Source of the DNA: Chiloscyllium plagiosum
Taxonomy: Eukaryota
NCBI RefSeq assembly: GCF_004010195.1
Contig: NC_057751.1
Span: forward strand, 10,410,589 to 10,474,588
Length of the DNA: 64,000 bases
Reading direction: 5' to 3'
The position numbers were made by a program, and so were the translations under genes. Positions 62,925 through 64,000 of the stretch are shown here, one piece after another (within the stretch, counting starts at the first letter, position 1; each line of letters begins with the position of its first letter). The notes under the pieces were generated by a model. That model searched no databases. It was not told the origin of the DNA and saw nothing but the letters and a program-made list of their open reading frames with translations.

Positions 62925-63001
62925 TGAAGTTGGTAAATTTGCACCACGTGGAGGAATTGATGGTTGCAATCTTGGCTCTGGTAAACTTTTATTTCCATTG
63001 C
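62925..63001 (-). CDS. BLNK/SH2D6-like adaptor, proline-rich exon (donor position uncertain)
   Basis: Acceptor cctttcttcacag then NGNKSLPEPRLQPSIPPRGANLPTS, containing a PxxPxR-type SH3-ligand motif. Three GT donors are possible between 62918 and 62924. Confidence 0.55.
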
Positions 63002-63469
63002 CTGTGAAGAAAGGTAAGATAGATGAAATGTGTAATATAGAAAAAAAAAGAAACTTCAAGAGTTCCTCTCTCAGCGTGGATAGAAAAATAATCTATCCTA
63101 CCGACAAAGCAGTAAAACAATACAGAACTTATCGTATATGGTTGACCCCAACGTTTGTCCCCTCCTGACTTGAAACAACTGATTCTTTTCCAGCATTTAA
63201 TTCCTTGAGCATGGTGGCAGACAGCAACATGCCAAATGGTCATTGCTCATCCAAGACGAGTAACTAAGCTTTGATGGACATTAAGTGGAGAACCCAGATA
63301 GATCCTGATTTCTATCCCAACTTCATTGGCCTTCAATCATTACCACTGTGACTTTACTTGACTGCACTGGTGGGGAATCATCATCAAGTCTCAACTGATT
63401 TTCATGCTAAATTTTCTTGACCATCCAGTGTGGTCTCCAGTTTCCATCAATATTATGGTAATAAAAGAA

Positions 63470-64000
63470 AGAAAAGCAGTAGCAAGCATTTGGCCCCTCA
63501 AGCCACTCAGTTAGATCATGGCTGATGTGATTGTTGCCCCATCTTTGCCTCTGTGCCTACTCTCCATAACCATGGATTTGATTTCTTCAGAACTAGAAGT
63601 GTGGAAGAGTCACACGTGATGCAAAACATTGGCTGTGTGTGTCTCACTTCACAGATGCTGCATGACCTGCTGAATTTCTTCAGCATTCTCTGTTCATTAT
63701 GTGAAACCTACTGGGGATCAAAAATCTGTCCAACCACGAATAAATTAAACCACCCAGTCCCTATTGCTGCCTGGTCAGTAAACAATGATTAATTCACTCA
63801 GAGAAGAAATATCCCCTTATCTCTCTCTCTCTCTGTTAATTGGGAGACTCCTTCTTTCAAATCAGTACCCCTTAGGTATTGATACCTCTACTAGGAGCAA
63901 TATTCTCTCAGTATCTCCCCCTTCAATGTTCTATGTTTCAGAAAAACCACTTCTTACAAATGAGAGAGCACACTGACTGAACAATATGGCCTACTCTTAT
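63470..64000 (-). mobile_element. Old CR1 3' end with a small PLE-arm insertion
   Basis: 3'UTR hairpin region (ttggcccctcaagcc...agatcatggctgat); PLE arm at about 63590-63695. Confidence 0.6.

Overview
Vertebrate nuclear DNA, almost certainly from a shark (HE1 V-SINEs, a SacSINE1-like Deu-SINE, elasmobranch-type CR1 LINEs and Penelope-like elements, PLEs). More than half of the window is decayed retroelement sequence, and four N-gaps fall inside young repeats. Two spliced genes lie on the minus strand. (1) The 3' part of an SLP-76-family adaptor of the BLNK/SH2D6 type. Its C-terminal SH2 exons are clear (53839-53922, 53122-53277, 52149-52265), a phase-consistent chain of small upstream exons runs to about 63001, and the 5' end lies beyond the window. 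(2) A complete, divergent TMEM86-family lysoplasmalogenase (exon 2 at 31131-31389, exon 3 at 26008-26417). Its 6-codon first coding exon and promoter exist in two intact copies (40607-40624 and 46173-46190) because of an old tandem duplication. Most notable observations: the duplicated first exon with diverged regulatory motifs, a uORF and a probable gene-conversion tract; short TSD-flanked palindromic PLE derivatives carrying minimal hammerhead-ribozyme cores; a tRNA-Lys(CTT) copy inside an inverted-repeat PLE-type insertion; and an 18-nt micro-exon whose acceptor CAG is the loop of a perfect 11-bp hairpin. No prokaryote-type system (CRISPR, operon) is present. Transposon boundaries are approximate and were read by eye.
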